Positions 14,192-27,475 of a DNA stretch of 64,000 bases are shown one piece after another. Position 1 is the stretch's first letter. The number at the start of each line of letters is the position of its first letter. The notes under the pieces were generated by a model. That model worked only from the letters and a program-made list of their open reading frames with translations, did not search any database and was not told the origin of the DNA. A program made the translations under genes and the position numbers. The DNA comes from Eledone cirrhosa (taxonomy: Eukaryota), in assembly GCA_964016885.1 (NCBI GenBank), contig OZ024761.1, positions 15,872,001-15,936,000 on the forward strand, given 5' to 3'.

Positions 14192-14283
14192 TCCTACTCG
14201 TTCCTATTACCCACTCTACTACCCTAAGTATTGAGTACTTTGGTGCGTTATGGTCCATCTGGTTCCTTACCACATTTCCTTCG

Positions 14284-14323
<40 letters not shown>

Positions 14324-15434
14324 TTGGTGAAAGGAAGAGCTTCCAGCCATGGAGGGCTTGCCTAACAACCAAACAAAGGGTCAGGAGGACCCTTCACCTT
14401 TCAGTCACGTCAAGGGTATGCCAACCTCCCTAGTGCTGGTGATTTACATGATAAACGCACCCAGTGGTTGGTGATAGTAAGGGCATCCAACTGTAGAAAT
14501 CTTGCCAATCAAAGGCACGACACCCTCTCCTGAGCACTCAATGGAATGTGAAACTGTACATAAGCAAGACACAGATCACTGACTTGCTTGGGAGATCAGT
14601 GGCTCCGCTTCAGTCCAGACTTGGTCTATAGAGACCCGTCCAACCCTTGCTAGCAGGGAAAGTAAACATTAAAACGACAATGATGATGACAATGATGATA
14701 TATGTATCTATAAACTGAGAGAGACCTTTATATAGTAACTGATAGATATAGCAGTTAAATTCCCTCAAATCACATCTTGTTGCCTATATGTGTGTGCGTG
14801 TATATATATATATATATATATATATACAAACTCTTTTACCTGTTTCAGCCATCCATATGTGTGTATGTGTATATATGTATGTATCTATAAGCTGAGAGAG
14901 ACCTTTACATGGTAACATAAAAATACCAGCTAGATTCCCTCAAATCACACCTTATTGTCTATATGTACATATGATCCAATGGAGGAGACTTCTACATGGT
15001 AATTGTAACTGATAAAAACAGCAATAAAATCTCCCTTTACATGGTAGCAAGACATATTAGAATTAGCAGTGAAATCTCATTCAAACCACACCCTTTTTAT
15101 ATTATATTGTTTTGATACCACTCCTGGGCATTGCCAGGTATCTCTCCTAGTAACATATAAAATCTGAAGCTACAAGAGAAGGAAGCAGATTTTTTTATAA
15201 AGTGTAATATTTACTTTCTTTATTTCTATGAGTTTATCAGAATAACCAAATTGAAAAGTGCTAAAAATAGTGAGTGAGTGAGTGGTGTTTGCTTGGTCTG
15301 AGTAAAATTTTTTAGAAATTGAAATTTAAAAAAAAAATCTAACTAAACATCCATTTTCTAAAGTAGCATATCATGGAATCTTTATAGGCATAGTATATAT
15401 ATATATAATGTGTGTGTGTATGTATATATATATA

Positions 15435-16293
15435 CAGGGTGCGGACGATATTTGTTCACAATTTTCAACTGCTAATTTTATACAATTTTTTTTTACTTCC
15501 GTTGTCACTCTTGTGACTATATTTCCATTATTTATTTTCAGAATAATTGATTATGAATAATTTTGAACCTCCAAATTTGTGGAAGAGGCACGGAGTTCTT
15601 CTTGGAATCCGCACCGGGAGAGCAAATAAGACCAGAAGATCAACTCCCAGAACAACAGGTGGCTCGCTGTCTCATCCAAAGACGTGCCCAGAGTCATGCA
15701 GACAAAGTTTCCAATGACAACATTGGTCTTAGGTGTTGTTATGCCACCTCACTTCTTCCCTGAGGGCCTCAATATGAACACCGATGGCTACATCCGCATT
15801 CTGAGTGAGGTAGTAAAGCCCTGGATTGACCAGGTAGCTGCAGGTAGGCCGTACGTGTGGCAGCAGCACTCAGCGCCCTGCCATACCAGCTGAAAGACCC
15901 AAGCCTGGCTGTCAAAGAACTTCGTCGACCACACTTAACCTGACATCTGGCCTCCCTGCTCGCCTGACTGCAACCCCCTCGACTTCTTTGCGTGGGGCGC
16001 AGTGGAATGAGACACCAACAGATCTAGCTGTAATACGAAAGACGATCTGAAGGCCAGGATCACAAGTGCCTTTAGGGGCCTAAGTCGGGGGACAGTGACG
16101 AAGGCCTGTAGCCAGTTCCGAGACCGCCTTGAGGCCGTCATCAAAGCCAATGGCAGGTTTATCGAGTGAGATCGAAAGAACAAGTCATGAAGACAAACTG
16201 ACCAAAGTTTGATAAATAAATCTTAAAAAATAAAACTACTGTGTTATTTTTTCATAGACAGTAATCTTGCGAACAAATATCGTCCGCACCCTG
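15435..16293 (+). mobile_element. Tc1/mariner DD37D (maT-type) transposon, internally deleted and defective
   Basis: TIR CAGGGTGCGGACGATATTTGTTC at both ends with TA flanks; WQQ(H)SAPCH to SPDCNPLD spaced by 37 aa; in-frame stops. Confidence 0.88.
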
Positions 16294-16390
16294 TATATAT
16301 ACATACGCACACACAAACTACCTGTAAGTGTGTATATATATGTGAAGCTGTGTCTGTGTATATGTATGTACATATTTCAGTATATGCATG

Positions 16391-16475
<85 letters not shown>

Positions 16476-16700
16476 AAGATATATGAAGTTAATCCGAAGA
16501 GAATTTAAATCGCCTATATATATATATGCATATATATATATATATATAAATACACACACACACATATATGCATATATATATATATATATACACACACACA
16601 TATATGCATACATACACACAGACACTCATATATATATATATATATAATGAAGTGAAAAAGTGTAAAGAGAAAGCAAACCATGTTAACAGGTGAAATTTAC

Positions 16701-16730
16701 CTCGTCTTTGAAATTTCAACCGATGATTAC
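16701..16730 (-). CDS. Candidate 30-nt hinge microexon (GNHRLKFQRR)
   Basis: Long CT tract ending ctcaaaag, GAG/gtaaat donor, phase 1-1, open. Confidence 0.45.
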
Positions 16731-16939
16731 CTTTTGAGGAGAAAGAGTGTGGGAGAGAGAGAGAGAGAGAGAAAGACAGAGGGATGAGAGAGAGAGAGAG
16801 AGAGAGAGAAAAAAAGAGAAGCAATGAGGAAAGAGGATTAGAAATAAGAGATTTGTAAACATTTATTAGGAACGACATCTTAAAGCTGAAAGGAGAAGCA
16901 TTAGAAAGCAGAAGAAACTATTATTATTATTGATATTAT

Positions 16940-17480
16940 TACAAGGTGGTGGATTGGCAGTATCGGTAGAGGGTCGGATGACATGCTCTGTAGCATAGAG
17001 TTACGCCCCTTTACGGTCTGAGTTCAAATACTGCCGAGGTTAACTTTGCCTTTCATCCTTACGGGGTCGATAAAATAAAGTACCAGTAATACACTGGAGT
17101 AATTGCTGGCCTTGTGCCTAAAGTAGAAACAATTATTACTTTGATATCTCAGTCGTTGTTATTTAACTGGAATATTTGCCCTAATGAACATCAAGTCGCT
17201 ACCTACAGCCTCAGATATTCAGGACATATCAGAGGGTCCTTACAGTTCCCAGTAGGCATGCCTTCTGGAGTGTTCTAGACATTTATTATTATTGGTGGAT
17301 TGGCAGTATCGGTAGAGGGTCGGACGCCATGCTTTGACGCATAGAGTTACGGCCCTTGCCATTCTGAGTTCAAATCCCGCCGAGGTTAACTTTGCCTTTC
17401 ATCCTTACGGGGTCGATAAAATAAAGTACCAGTAATGCACTGGTTAATTGCTGGCCTTGTGCCAAAAGTAGAAACAATTA
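16940..17480 (+). mobile_element. Two tRNA-derived SINE copies (about 16945-17135 and 17293-17480)
   Basis: B-box-like gagttcaaatccc, shared core gaggttaactttgcctttcatccttacggggtcgataaaataaagtaccagt. Confidence 0.7.
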
Positions 17481-17504
17481 TTATTATTTGTGTTCTTCCT
17501 CTTC

Positions 17505-17900
17505 CTTCAGTTTTGTTTCCATTATTCATTGTGAAGATTACCCCGCCGTCCTCCTTTAGAGGGGAAGGACAGGCAGTTTTTATCTGCGTGGTGGCCATGG
17601 TAAAAGGTTGTGTGGTGGATGCATTTGAAAGGGTTGAAGACGGCCATTTTCCTCTTCAACGAAGCCCTGATTAACTTTTTCAAATTTCACTTGAAGAGGA
17701 AAATCAGGGTGGAGAGGGAAGTGCTGCTTTCCAACCAGTTTGTTGAAAAGTGGGGGAGAGTGGCGAGTATGGTCCATGTGAATGGGCCTGCCTTGAGTGT
17801 ATGCCTGTAGATTGGAGTAGAAAGACTGGGAGAGGTCACTTTGTCTTAGCAGACAGGGTGACCGTGGCTTTTGTGGGATTTCTACATGAGTGACCCTTAG
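17505..17900 (+). mobile_element. L1/Tx1-like LINE C-terminal fragment; same family at 53775-54122 (minus), 59545-60060 (minus), 5475-5830
   Basis: WW.RLKGLKT..LINFFKFHLKRKIRVERE..FVEKW..NGPALSVCL shared among copies; common 3' aataaagaaat end. Confidence 0.6.
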
Positions 17901-19238
17901 AGTCTCCTCACCTTTGGGGAAATTGTTATGTTTGTTTTAAATATTTATTTTCTTAGTCTCTGTTATAAATTTTATTTTACACAAAGAGAAACCCACACTT
18001 AGATAAAATTATGATGGAAGGTTTTTAGGTAAGTATAAACACTTTAAAATAAACAACTTTATATCCTAGAACTAGGGGTGGTTTCAGGCTGGTTGGTGTC
18101 AAAAGGGTTAAGCTGGTGTTTGGAACATAACTTAACAAGCACTTTAAAAACAAACAGTTTCGTATGATAAAACCAAGGCCTGTTTTGAGAGGGGTGGTGT
18201 CAAAAGAGTTAACCCTTTAGCATTTACATTACTCTATATATACTATTATATTTTCATGGTAAACACTTAATGTTACATAATTATCTCACATAATATCGAA
18301 TTTATGAGATTTTGATGATATTTACTTTGAGAACAGCGGCCAATTATGGCCAGTTTGAACGGAAAGAAGTGAGAGAATTCCGGCCGGATATGGCTGGTTT
18401 AAATGCTAAAGCGTTAAACATGTAAAAGTTAGTAATTTTATGAAGTCCCATCAAATTCTTCATCATTTTAAAAATCAAATTAAACAAATAGACATTTTGT
18501 AATTTACAGAGAATGTAGTGACAAGAAAGTTAATGGTTAAGTTAGTAGAGACATAAATATAGTGGTAAGAGGGGATATAGTTAACCAAGTGGGTTAATAA
18601 CTAGGTTGCTGTAAAGTGGTTGATGTTAGGAAGGGCACCCAGCCATAGAAAGCTAGCAAAACAAAGGGTTACGAGGACCCTTTAGTTGTGTCAAGGACAT
18701 GACAGCCTCCCTAGTGCTGGTGATCTACACAATAAAAGCACTCCAGTACACGCTCAAGGGTTTAAGAGGACCCTTTAGTGGTGTCAAAAGACATGATAAT
18801 TTCTCTTTTGCACCTGATATGACACTACGTAAGCAGGATACAGATGCATTGGCCTGCCTTGGTGGTCAGTAGTCTTGCTTCAGTGCTGACTTGGTCTAGG
18901 TAGACCCGTCCAACCCTTGCTAGCAAGGAAAGTGGACGTTAAATAATGGTGATGCTGATGATGATGAGAGGGCATATAGCTAGAAGTGGGTTAATAGCTA
19001 GACAAATGGGTAAATACCTAGATTGGTAGTGATAGGTATATAGCTAGACAAAAGGGTTAATATCTTGACAAGTGGGTTAATAGCTATGTTGGTAGTGATA
19101 GGTATATAGATAGACAAAAGGGTTAATAGCTAGATTGGTAGTGATAGGTGATAGGTATATAGCTAGACAAAAAGGTTAACAGTTCGGTTGGTAGAGATGT
19201 TTAAGGTATGAATTGTAAGAGATTCGAGAGAAACATAC

Positions 19239-19317
19239 CAGGAATCATTGGTATATGAGAAGATCTTGAACGTTCATGTCCTCTGGCCTCTTTGCTGGGA
19301 GATTCACTAATGGAAAC
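19239..19317 (-). CDS. PRKCE: PKC hinge exon (VSISESPSKEARGHERSRSSHIPMIP)
   Basis: 79 nt, ctttccag acceptor, gtatgt donor, phase 0 to 1, the phase needed to reach the 1701-1912 exon. Confidence 0.8.
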
Positions 19318-19679
19318 CTGGAAAGTAACAGAAAGCAGATACTATTTCATCCAAAACAAACACTATTTCACACAAAACAAACATTATCTCACACAAAACA
19401 AATTATTTTACACAAAACAGACACTATTTAGTCCAAAACAGACATTATTTCATCCAAAACAAACACTATTCCACACAAAAGAAACATTATTTCACACAAA
19501 ACAAACACTGTTTTATAACAAAAGAAACATTATTACAATATATATATATATAAAGAAAGATATATAGATACATAGATAGGGAGTTATCAGTTAGACTAAT
19601 AAGATAATATTTAGCTAAATTCTCAATAATGTATATATTATATATATATATACATATACATATACATATATATATAATC

Positions 19680-19965
19680 TTCTTCGTCCACTTAATACTG
19701 GGAGGGTTGTTGGGGCAGAGTCCTTGAAACACCTTCCAGTGGGTCCCGTCAGAAGCAACTGTCTCCAACAGATCCGGCTGGATCCCCAAGCAAGACCATC
19801 CAAGCTCATGGATGTTATCTAACCATCTTGCTTGGGGCGTACCCCTGGGCCTCCTGCCGGTTGGTTTTGCCCGTAAAATCTGTCCATCAATTCTTTCTTG
19901 AGACATTCTAACCACATACCCATAGTATCAGAGCTGTGATCTCTCAATTCAGAGAAATAGCAGCT
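19680..19965 (-). mobile_element. RTE-like LINE 3' fragment
   Basis: GMLVRMSQERI..PTGRRPRG.P..RWLDNI C-terminal motif. Confidence 0.65.
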
Positions 19966-20630
19966 CTACCTGGAATCACTCTCTTATCTCTATGCTGTCC
20001 TGCTAGAGAATGGGTCAAAAGTGGCAGATAGTGATACAACCACCAGATATGATGGCTAATTGTAATATAAGCGGGCAACTGCCGGACGAATAAGCAATCC
20101 AGGACCAACAGCGGTAAACTTCTAGGGGAGATGGAGCAATGGGTGACACCTGTAGCTACCAAGAAAACTTTCAAAACCCAGTGACGTAGCTTCGACATGG
20201 TGAATAAAGGCTTGGCTCTAAAAAAGCCTAGTCTTCGCAGGTTTGACAAAGTACCAGATTGGTGACTGGTGCAAATAAGGCCACTGCAACTGAAACTGCA
20301 ATATGATGAGGAAACCCAAAACGAAGAAGAACCGTACCTCATCGTGCTTTGCATGGGATAACAAGGGACGCATTCAGGCCTGTTTCAAAATTATCTTGCA
20401 GTCTCTATCTCATGCCTCAAAAATTAGGAATAAGCCTGCGACCTGTCCTGGGAGGCATGGGATGGACGCACAAAGTATGCATATCCCGAGACCCCAAATG
20501 ATTACAGACTTCCCTCTGGAAGAAACAATTGTCAGCAAATAAATGTTCTAAACTAAAATTTGATCATTTTAACACTTTGTATATATATACCCATCCAAAC
20601 CCATGCTAGCATAGAAGATGGACGTTAAAC

Positions 20631-20681
<51 letters not shown>

Positions 20682-20771
20682 ATATATGTATTTATATAGT
20701 ATCGAGCACTTAGCTGAATATGGTGTTACTAGTCAAACTGGTAACTCCCAATCTATCTCTATCTTGTTATA

Positions 20772-20833
<62 letters not shown>

Positions 20834-20922
20834 CACATATAAACACACACACACATATATACATATATACACAGACACATAGACATACTAATGAATCAAC
20901 CAATTAGTAAAGAATCCCCTAC

Positions 20923-21053
20923 CTTTTTCGTCTTGTTCAATTTGTCACAGGAAATACCCATCTGTGAAAGGGCCTGTGCCATCTCCCGTGTATTTATTCC
21001 ACAGTTGTTGGGTACATTTTTCTGGCACCTCTTGTGGGCATTCAACTTACAGG
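20923..21053 (-). CDS. PRKCE: PKC exon, C1B second half ([44 protein letters not shown])
   Basis: 131 nt, ttcag acceptor, gtaggg donor, phase 1 to 0. Confidence 0.95.
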
Positions 21054-21218
21054 CTGAATGAAAGTTGACAAAATTAGGACACAATAATAACATCATCATC
21101 ATCATCATCTATTTTATTGAAGTTGTTATTTATTTGGTGCAAAACCTCCATTGTGCACACACATAGACACACACACATACCCACATACATACACATACAT
21201 ATACACACACAGATACCC

Positions 21219-21249
<31 letters not shown>

Positions 21250-21259
21250 CAGATAGATA

Positions 21260-22825
21260 TGATACACCAATCCTGGACTTCAAAGATTAAAGATATCTAA
21301 CACAGCCAGTAATCCTGGTATATATGATATACCAATCCTGGACTTCAAAGATTAAAGATATCTAACACAGCCAGTAATACTGGTATATATGACATACCAA
21401 TCCTGGACTTCAAAGATTAAAGATATCTAACACAGCCAGTAATATTGGTATACATGACATACCAATCCTGAACTCCAAAGTTAAAGATATCTAACACAGC
21501 CAGTAATACTGGTATATATGACATACCAATCCTGGACTCCAAAGTTAAAGATATCTAACACAGCCAGTAATCCTGGTATATATGACATACCAATCTTGGA
21601 CTCCAAAGATTAAAGATATCTAACACAGCCAGTAATCCTGGTATACATGACATACCAATCCTGGACTCCAAAGTTAAAGATATCTAACACAGCCAGTAAT
21701 CCTGGTATATATGACATACCAATCTTGGACTCCAAAGATTAAAGATATCTAACACAGCCAGTAATACTGGTATATATGACATACCAATCCTGGACTCCAA
21801 AGATTAAAGATATCTAACACAGCCAGTAATACTGGTATATATGACATACCAATCTTGGACTCCAAAGATTAAGATATCTAACACAGCCAGTAATCCTGGT
21901 ATATATGACATACCAATCTTGGACTCCAAAGATTAAAGATATCTAACACAGCCAGTAATACTGGTATATATGACATACCAATCCTGGACTCCAAAGATTA
22001 AAGATATCTAACACAGCCAGTAATACTGGTATATATGACATACCAATCTTGGACTCCAAAGATTAAGATATCTAACACAGCCAGTAATCCTGGTATATAT
22101 GACATACCAATCTTGGACTCCAAAGATTAAAGATATCTAACACAGCCAGTAATACTGGTATATATGACATACCAATCCTGGACTCCAAAGATTAAAGATA
22201 TCTAACACAGCCAGTAATACTGGTATATATGACATACCAATCTTGGACTCCAAAGATTAAGATATCTAACACAGCCAGTAATCCTGGTATACATGACATA
22301 CCAATCCTGGACTCCAAAGATTAAAGATATCTAACACAGCCAGTAATCCTGGTATACATGACATACCAATCCTGGACTCCAAAGTTAAAGATATCTAACA
22401 CAGCCAGTAATACTGGTATATATGATATACCAATCTTGGACTCCAAAGATTAAAGATATCTAACACAGCCAGTAATCCTGGTATACATGACATACCAATC
22501 CTGGACTCCAAAGTTAAAGATATCTAACACAGCCAGTAATACTGGTATACATGACATACCAATCCTGGACTCCAAAGATTAAAGATATCTAACACAGCCA
22601 GTAATCCTGGTATACATGACATACCAATCCTGGACTCCAAAGATTAAAGATATCTAACACAGCCAGTAATCCTGGTATACATGACATACCAATCCTGGAC
22701 TCCAAAGTTAAAGATATCTAACACAGCCAGTAATACTGGTATACATGACATACCAATCCTGGACTCCAAAATTAAAGATTTATAACACAGCCAGTAATCC
22801 TGGTATATATGATATACCAATCCTG
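21260..22825. repeat. Minisatellite, 64-65-bp unit, about 24 copies
   Basis: gacataccaatcctggactccaaagattaaagatatctaacacagccagtaatactggtatatat. Confidence 0.95.
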
Positions 22826-23229
22826 TTTGAGTATATATAAATGTGTAATCATGTCATATTTACCTAATTAAATATATATATATAGAAAGGAGGAAGGGGA
22901 TAAGAGAATAATGCAGAGAGATAGAAAGAGAATAAGAAAATAACAGAGAGAGAGAGAGAGATAGGAGAGAAAACATGAGAATATTAAAGAGAAAGATGGA
23001 TTACTTACTATACAAAGAGAGGGACAGAGACAGAATAAGAAAATAAGAGAGAAAAATGATGAATAAAGAAAGAGAGAGAGGGAGGTCAAGAAAGAGATTG
23101 AGAAAATAAGAGGATAAGAGAGAAAAAAGATAGTGTGTGTGTGAGTTGAGTGTGTGAGTTGAGTGTGTGTGTTTGTGTTATGGATTACAGAGAGTGACAG
23201 TATAGATGAGGCATATGGCATCTACTCAC

Positions 23230-23359
23230 CGGCACATTGCAAGCCCTGTCTAATTATTCCATAGAGCAATGATCCACAATGGTCACAGAACGTGGGCCTC
23301 TTGTAGTTATGGACAGTGAAACGGTGTGGTACATTGATATTGAATCTGGCACCACTCAC
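23230..23359 (-). CDS. PRKCE: PKC exon, C1B first half ([43 protein letters not shown])
   Basis: 130 nt, cttcag acceptor, gtgagt donor, phase 0 to 1. Confidence 0.95.
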
Positions 23360-23414
23360 CTGAAGTGGCTGTGGAATAAAGAAAGAATTACACACATTAA
23401 TACTCCCAATATCA

Positions 23415-24548
23415 AAACTGCCTGAAACTGCCCCTGGTTCTACAACACAAAACTTTCTAAAGGTGTTTATATCTATCTGAAAAATATGCTGCCCCAAACT
23501 GCCTGAAAGTGCCCCTGGTTCTACAACACAAAACTGTCTAAAGGTGTTTATATCTATCTGAAAAATATGCTGCCCCAAACTGCCTGAAAGTGCCCCTAGT
23601 TCTACAACACAAAACTGTCTAAAGGTGTTTATATCTATCTGAAAAATATGCTGCCCCAAACTGCCTGAAAGTGCCCCTAGTTCTACAACACAAAACTGTC
23701 TAAAGGTGTTTATATCTATCTGAAAAATATGCCGCCCCAAACTGCCTGAAAGTGCCCCTGGTTCAACAACAAAACTTTCTAAAGGTGTTTATATCTATCT
23801 GAAAAATATGCTGCCCCAAACTGCCTGAAAGTGCCCCTGGTTCTACAACAAAACTATCTAAAGGTGTTTATATCTATCTGAAAAATATGCTGCCCCAAAC
23901 TGCCTGAAAGTGCTCCTGGTTCTACAACAAAACTTTCTAAAGGTGTTTATATCTATCTGAAAAATATGCTGCCCCAAACTGCCTGAAAGTGCCCCTGGTT
24001 CTACAACACAAAACTGTCTAAAGGTGTTTATATCTATCTGAAAAATATGCTGACCCAAACTGCCTGAAAGTGCTCCTGGTTCTACAACACAAAACTGTCT
24101 AAAGGTGTTTATATCTATCTGAAAAATATGCTGCCCCAAACTGCCTGAAAGTGCTCCTGGTTCTACAACACAAAACTGTCTAAAGGTGTTTATATCTATC
24201 TGAAAAATATGCTGCCCCAAACTGCCTGAAAGTGCCCCTGGTTCTACAACAAAACTTTCTAAAGGTGTTTATATCTATCTGAAAAATATGCTGCCCCAAA
24301 CTGCCTGAAAGTGCCCCTGGTTCTACAACACAAAACTGTCTAAAGGTGTTTATATCTATCTAAAAAACATGCAGCCCAAACTGTCTGAAAGCGCTCCTGG
24401 TTCTACAACAAAACTGTCTAAAGGTGTTTATATCTATCTGAAAAATATGCCGCCCCAAACTTCCTGAAAGTGCCCCTGGTTCTACAATACAAACCATACA
24501 GCCCCAAACAGCCTGAAACTGCCCCTGGTTCTAACACACAAAACTATC
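23415..24548. repeat. Minisatellite, 79-81-bp unit, about 13 copies
   Basis: aaactgcctgaaagtgcccctggttctacaacacaaaactgtctaaaggtgtttatatctatctgaaaaatatgctgcccc. Confidence 0.95.
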
Positions 24549-24764
24549 TTAACCCTTTACCATTTACATTACTCTATTTATACTATAGTATTTTCACAGT
24601 AAGGACTTTATCTCACATAATATCGAAGCTATGAGATTTTGATGTTATTTATTTTGAGAACAATACCTTAACATCAGTATGAGTGGCCAGTTACAGCCGT
24701 TTTGAACAGAAAGAGGTGAGAGAATTTTGGCCAGATATGGTCAGTTTAAATGCTAAAGGGTTAA
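24549..24764. mobile_element. About 210-bp MITE with TTAA-CCCTTTAGCATTTA termini (piggyBac-like); copies at about 732-929, 11680-12090, 18209-18418, 47598-47818, 48866-49077, 56671-56870, 57683-57896, 60417-60633
   Basis: Terminal inverted repeats ttaaccctttaccattta / taaatgctaaagggttaa. Confidence 0.75.
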
Positions 24765-24819
24765 GGTGTTTATATTTATGTGGAAGACCATGTAGCCCCA
24801 AACTGCACATCCAGCCTCC

Positions 24820-27188
24820 ACCCCTAACCACTGAGACAAACACCCCATCCTAATTACTGAGACAAACACCCACCCCTAACCACTGAGACAAACACACACC
24901 CCTAACCATTGAGACAAACACCCAGCGTAACCATTGAGCCAAACACCCACCCCTAAACACTGAGACAAACACCCAGCTTAACCATTGAGCAAACACCCAC
25001 CCCTAAACACTGAGACAAACACCCAGCTTAACCATTGAGCCAAACACCCTCCCCTAAACACTGAGACAAACTTCCAGCTTAACCATTCAGCCAAACATCC
25101 ACCTCTAAACACTGAGACAAACACCCAGCTTAACCATTGAGCCAAACACCCTCCCCTAAACACTGAGACAAACACCCAGCTTAACCATTGAGCCAAACAC
25201 CCACCCCTAAACACTGAGACAAACACCAGCTTAACCATTGAGCCAAACACCCACCCCTAAACACTGAGACAAACTTCCAGCTTAACCATTGAGCCAAACA
25301 CCCACCCTTAAACACTAAGACAAACACCCAGCTTAACCATTGAGCCAAACACCCTCCCCTAAACACTGAGACAAACTTCCAGCTTAACCATTGAGCCAAA
25401 CACCCACCCCTAAACACTGAGACAAACACCCAGCTTAACCATTGAGCCAAACACCCACCCCTAAACACTGAGACAAACTTCCAGCTTAACCATTGAGCCA
25501 AACACCCACCCCTAAACACTGAGACAAACACCCAGCTTAACCATTGAGCCAAACACCCACCCCTAAACACTGAGACAAACACCCAGCTTAACCATTGAGC
25601 CAAACACCCACCCCTAAACACTGAGACAAACTTCCAGCTTAACCATTGAGCCAAACACCCACCCCTAACCATTGAGACAAACACCCAGCTTAACCATTGA
25701 GCCAAACACCCACCCCTAAACACTGAGACAAACACCCAGCTTAACCATTGAGCCAAACACCCACCCCTAAACACTGAGACAAACACCCAGCTTAACCATT
25801 GAGCCAAACACCCTCCCCTAAACACTGAGACAAACTTCCAGCTTAACCATTGAGCCAAACACCCACCCCTAAACACTGAGACAAACACCCAGCTTAACCA
25901 TTGAGCCAAACACCCACCACTAAACACTGAGACAAACTTCCAGCTTAACCATTGAGCCAAACACCCACCCCTAACCATTGAGACAAACACCCAGCTTAAC
26001 CATTGAGCCAAACACCCACCCCTAAACACTGAGACAAACACCCAGCTTAACCATTGAGCCAAACACCCACCCCTAAACACTGAGACAAACTTCCAGCTTA
26101 ACCATTGAGCCAAACACCCACCCCTAACCATTGAGACAAACACCCAGCTTAACCATTGAGCCAAACACCCACCCCTAAACACTGAGACAAACTTCCAGCT
26201 TAACCATTGAGCCAAACACCCACCCCTAAACACTGAGACAAACACCCAGCTTAACCATTGAGCCAAACACCCACCCCTAAACACTGAGACAAACACCCAG
26301 CTTAACCATTGAGCCAAACACCCACCCCTAAACACTGAGACAAACACCCAGCTTAACCATTGAGCCAAACACCCACCCCTAAACACTGAGACAAACTTCC
26401 AGCTTAACCATTGAGCCAAACACCCACCCCTAACCATTGAGACAAACACCCAGCTTAACCATTGAGCCAAACACCCACCCCTAAACACTGAGACAAACAC
26501 CCAGCTTAACCATTGAGCCAAACACCCACCCCTAAACACTGAGACAAACACCCAGCTTAACCATTGAGCCAAACACCCTCCCCTAAACACTGAGACAAAC
26601 TTCCAGCTTAACCATTGAGCCAAACACCCACCCCTAAACACTGAGACAAACACCCAGCTTAACCATTGAGCCAAACACCCACCACTAAACACTGAGACAA
26701 ACTTCCAGCTTAACCATTGAGCCAAACACCCACCCCTAACCATTGAGACAAACACCCAGCTTAACCATTGAGCCAAACACCCACCCCTAAACACTGAGAC
26801 AAACACCCAGCTTAACCATTGAGCCAAACACCCACCCCTAAACACTGAGACAAACTTCCAGCTTAACCATTGAGCCAAACACCCACCCCTAACCATTGAG
26901 ACAAACACCCAGCTTAACCATTGAGCCAAACACCCACCCCTAAACACTGAGACAAACTTCCAGCTTAACCATTGAGCCAAACACCCACCCCTAAACACTG
27001 AGACAAACACCCAGCTTAACCATTGAGCCAAACACCCACCCCTAAACACTGAGACAAACACCCAGCTTAACCATTGAGCCAAACACCCACCCCTAAACAC
27101 TGAGACAAACACCCAGCTTAACCATTGAGCCAAACACCCACCCCTAAACACTGAGACAAACACCCAGCTTAACCATTGACCAAACACC
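24820..27188. repeat. Minisatellite, 51-bp unit (25+26-bp dimer), about 45 copies, with a 765-bp higher-order period
   Basis: cccagcttaaccattgagccaaaca-cccacccctaaacactgagacaaaca. Confidence 0.95.
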
Positions 27189-27218
27189 TCTTTCACAAAT
27201 AGTACAACAGCTACAAAC

Positions 27219-27301
27219 CTCTTCAGAAGCAGCCTCCCGAGAGCCTGGACATTTTGTTACAACTTGCTCATGACACCGTTTATGTACAACGCAAGTGCAT
27301 A
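27219..27301 (-). CDS. PRKCE: PKC exon, C1A end ([28 protein letters not shown])
   Basis: 83 nt, ttgcag acceptor, gtttgt donor, phase 1 to 0; supplies remaining C1 zinc ligands; absent from ORF track. Confidence 0.93.
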
Positions 27302-27427
27302 CTGCAATGGAAAACAGAAACAAAGGGCAGGAAATGAGATTTTAGGCATGATAATATTAAGTCACATGTCTCATGAGTGTAATTTCGATAGATGGAAACT
27401 GTGAAGCTCATTGTATATGTGTGCGTG

Positions 27428-27475
<48 letters not shown>

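Noticed and set aside
21260-24548. CRISPR-like periodicity
   Set aside because: Whole units repeat with no unique spacers; eukaryotic intron; no cas genes
25181-27196. 671-aa ORF of 17-aa repeats
   Set aside because: Stop-free frame of an intronic 51-bp minisatellite; no unique domain or splice support
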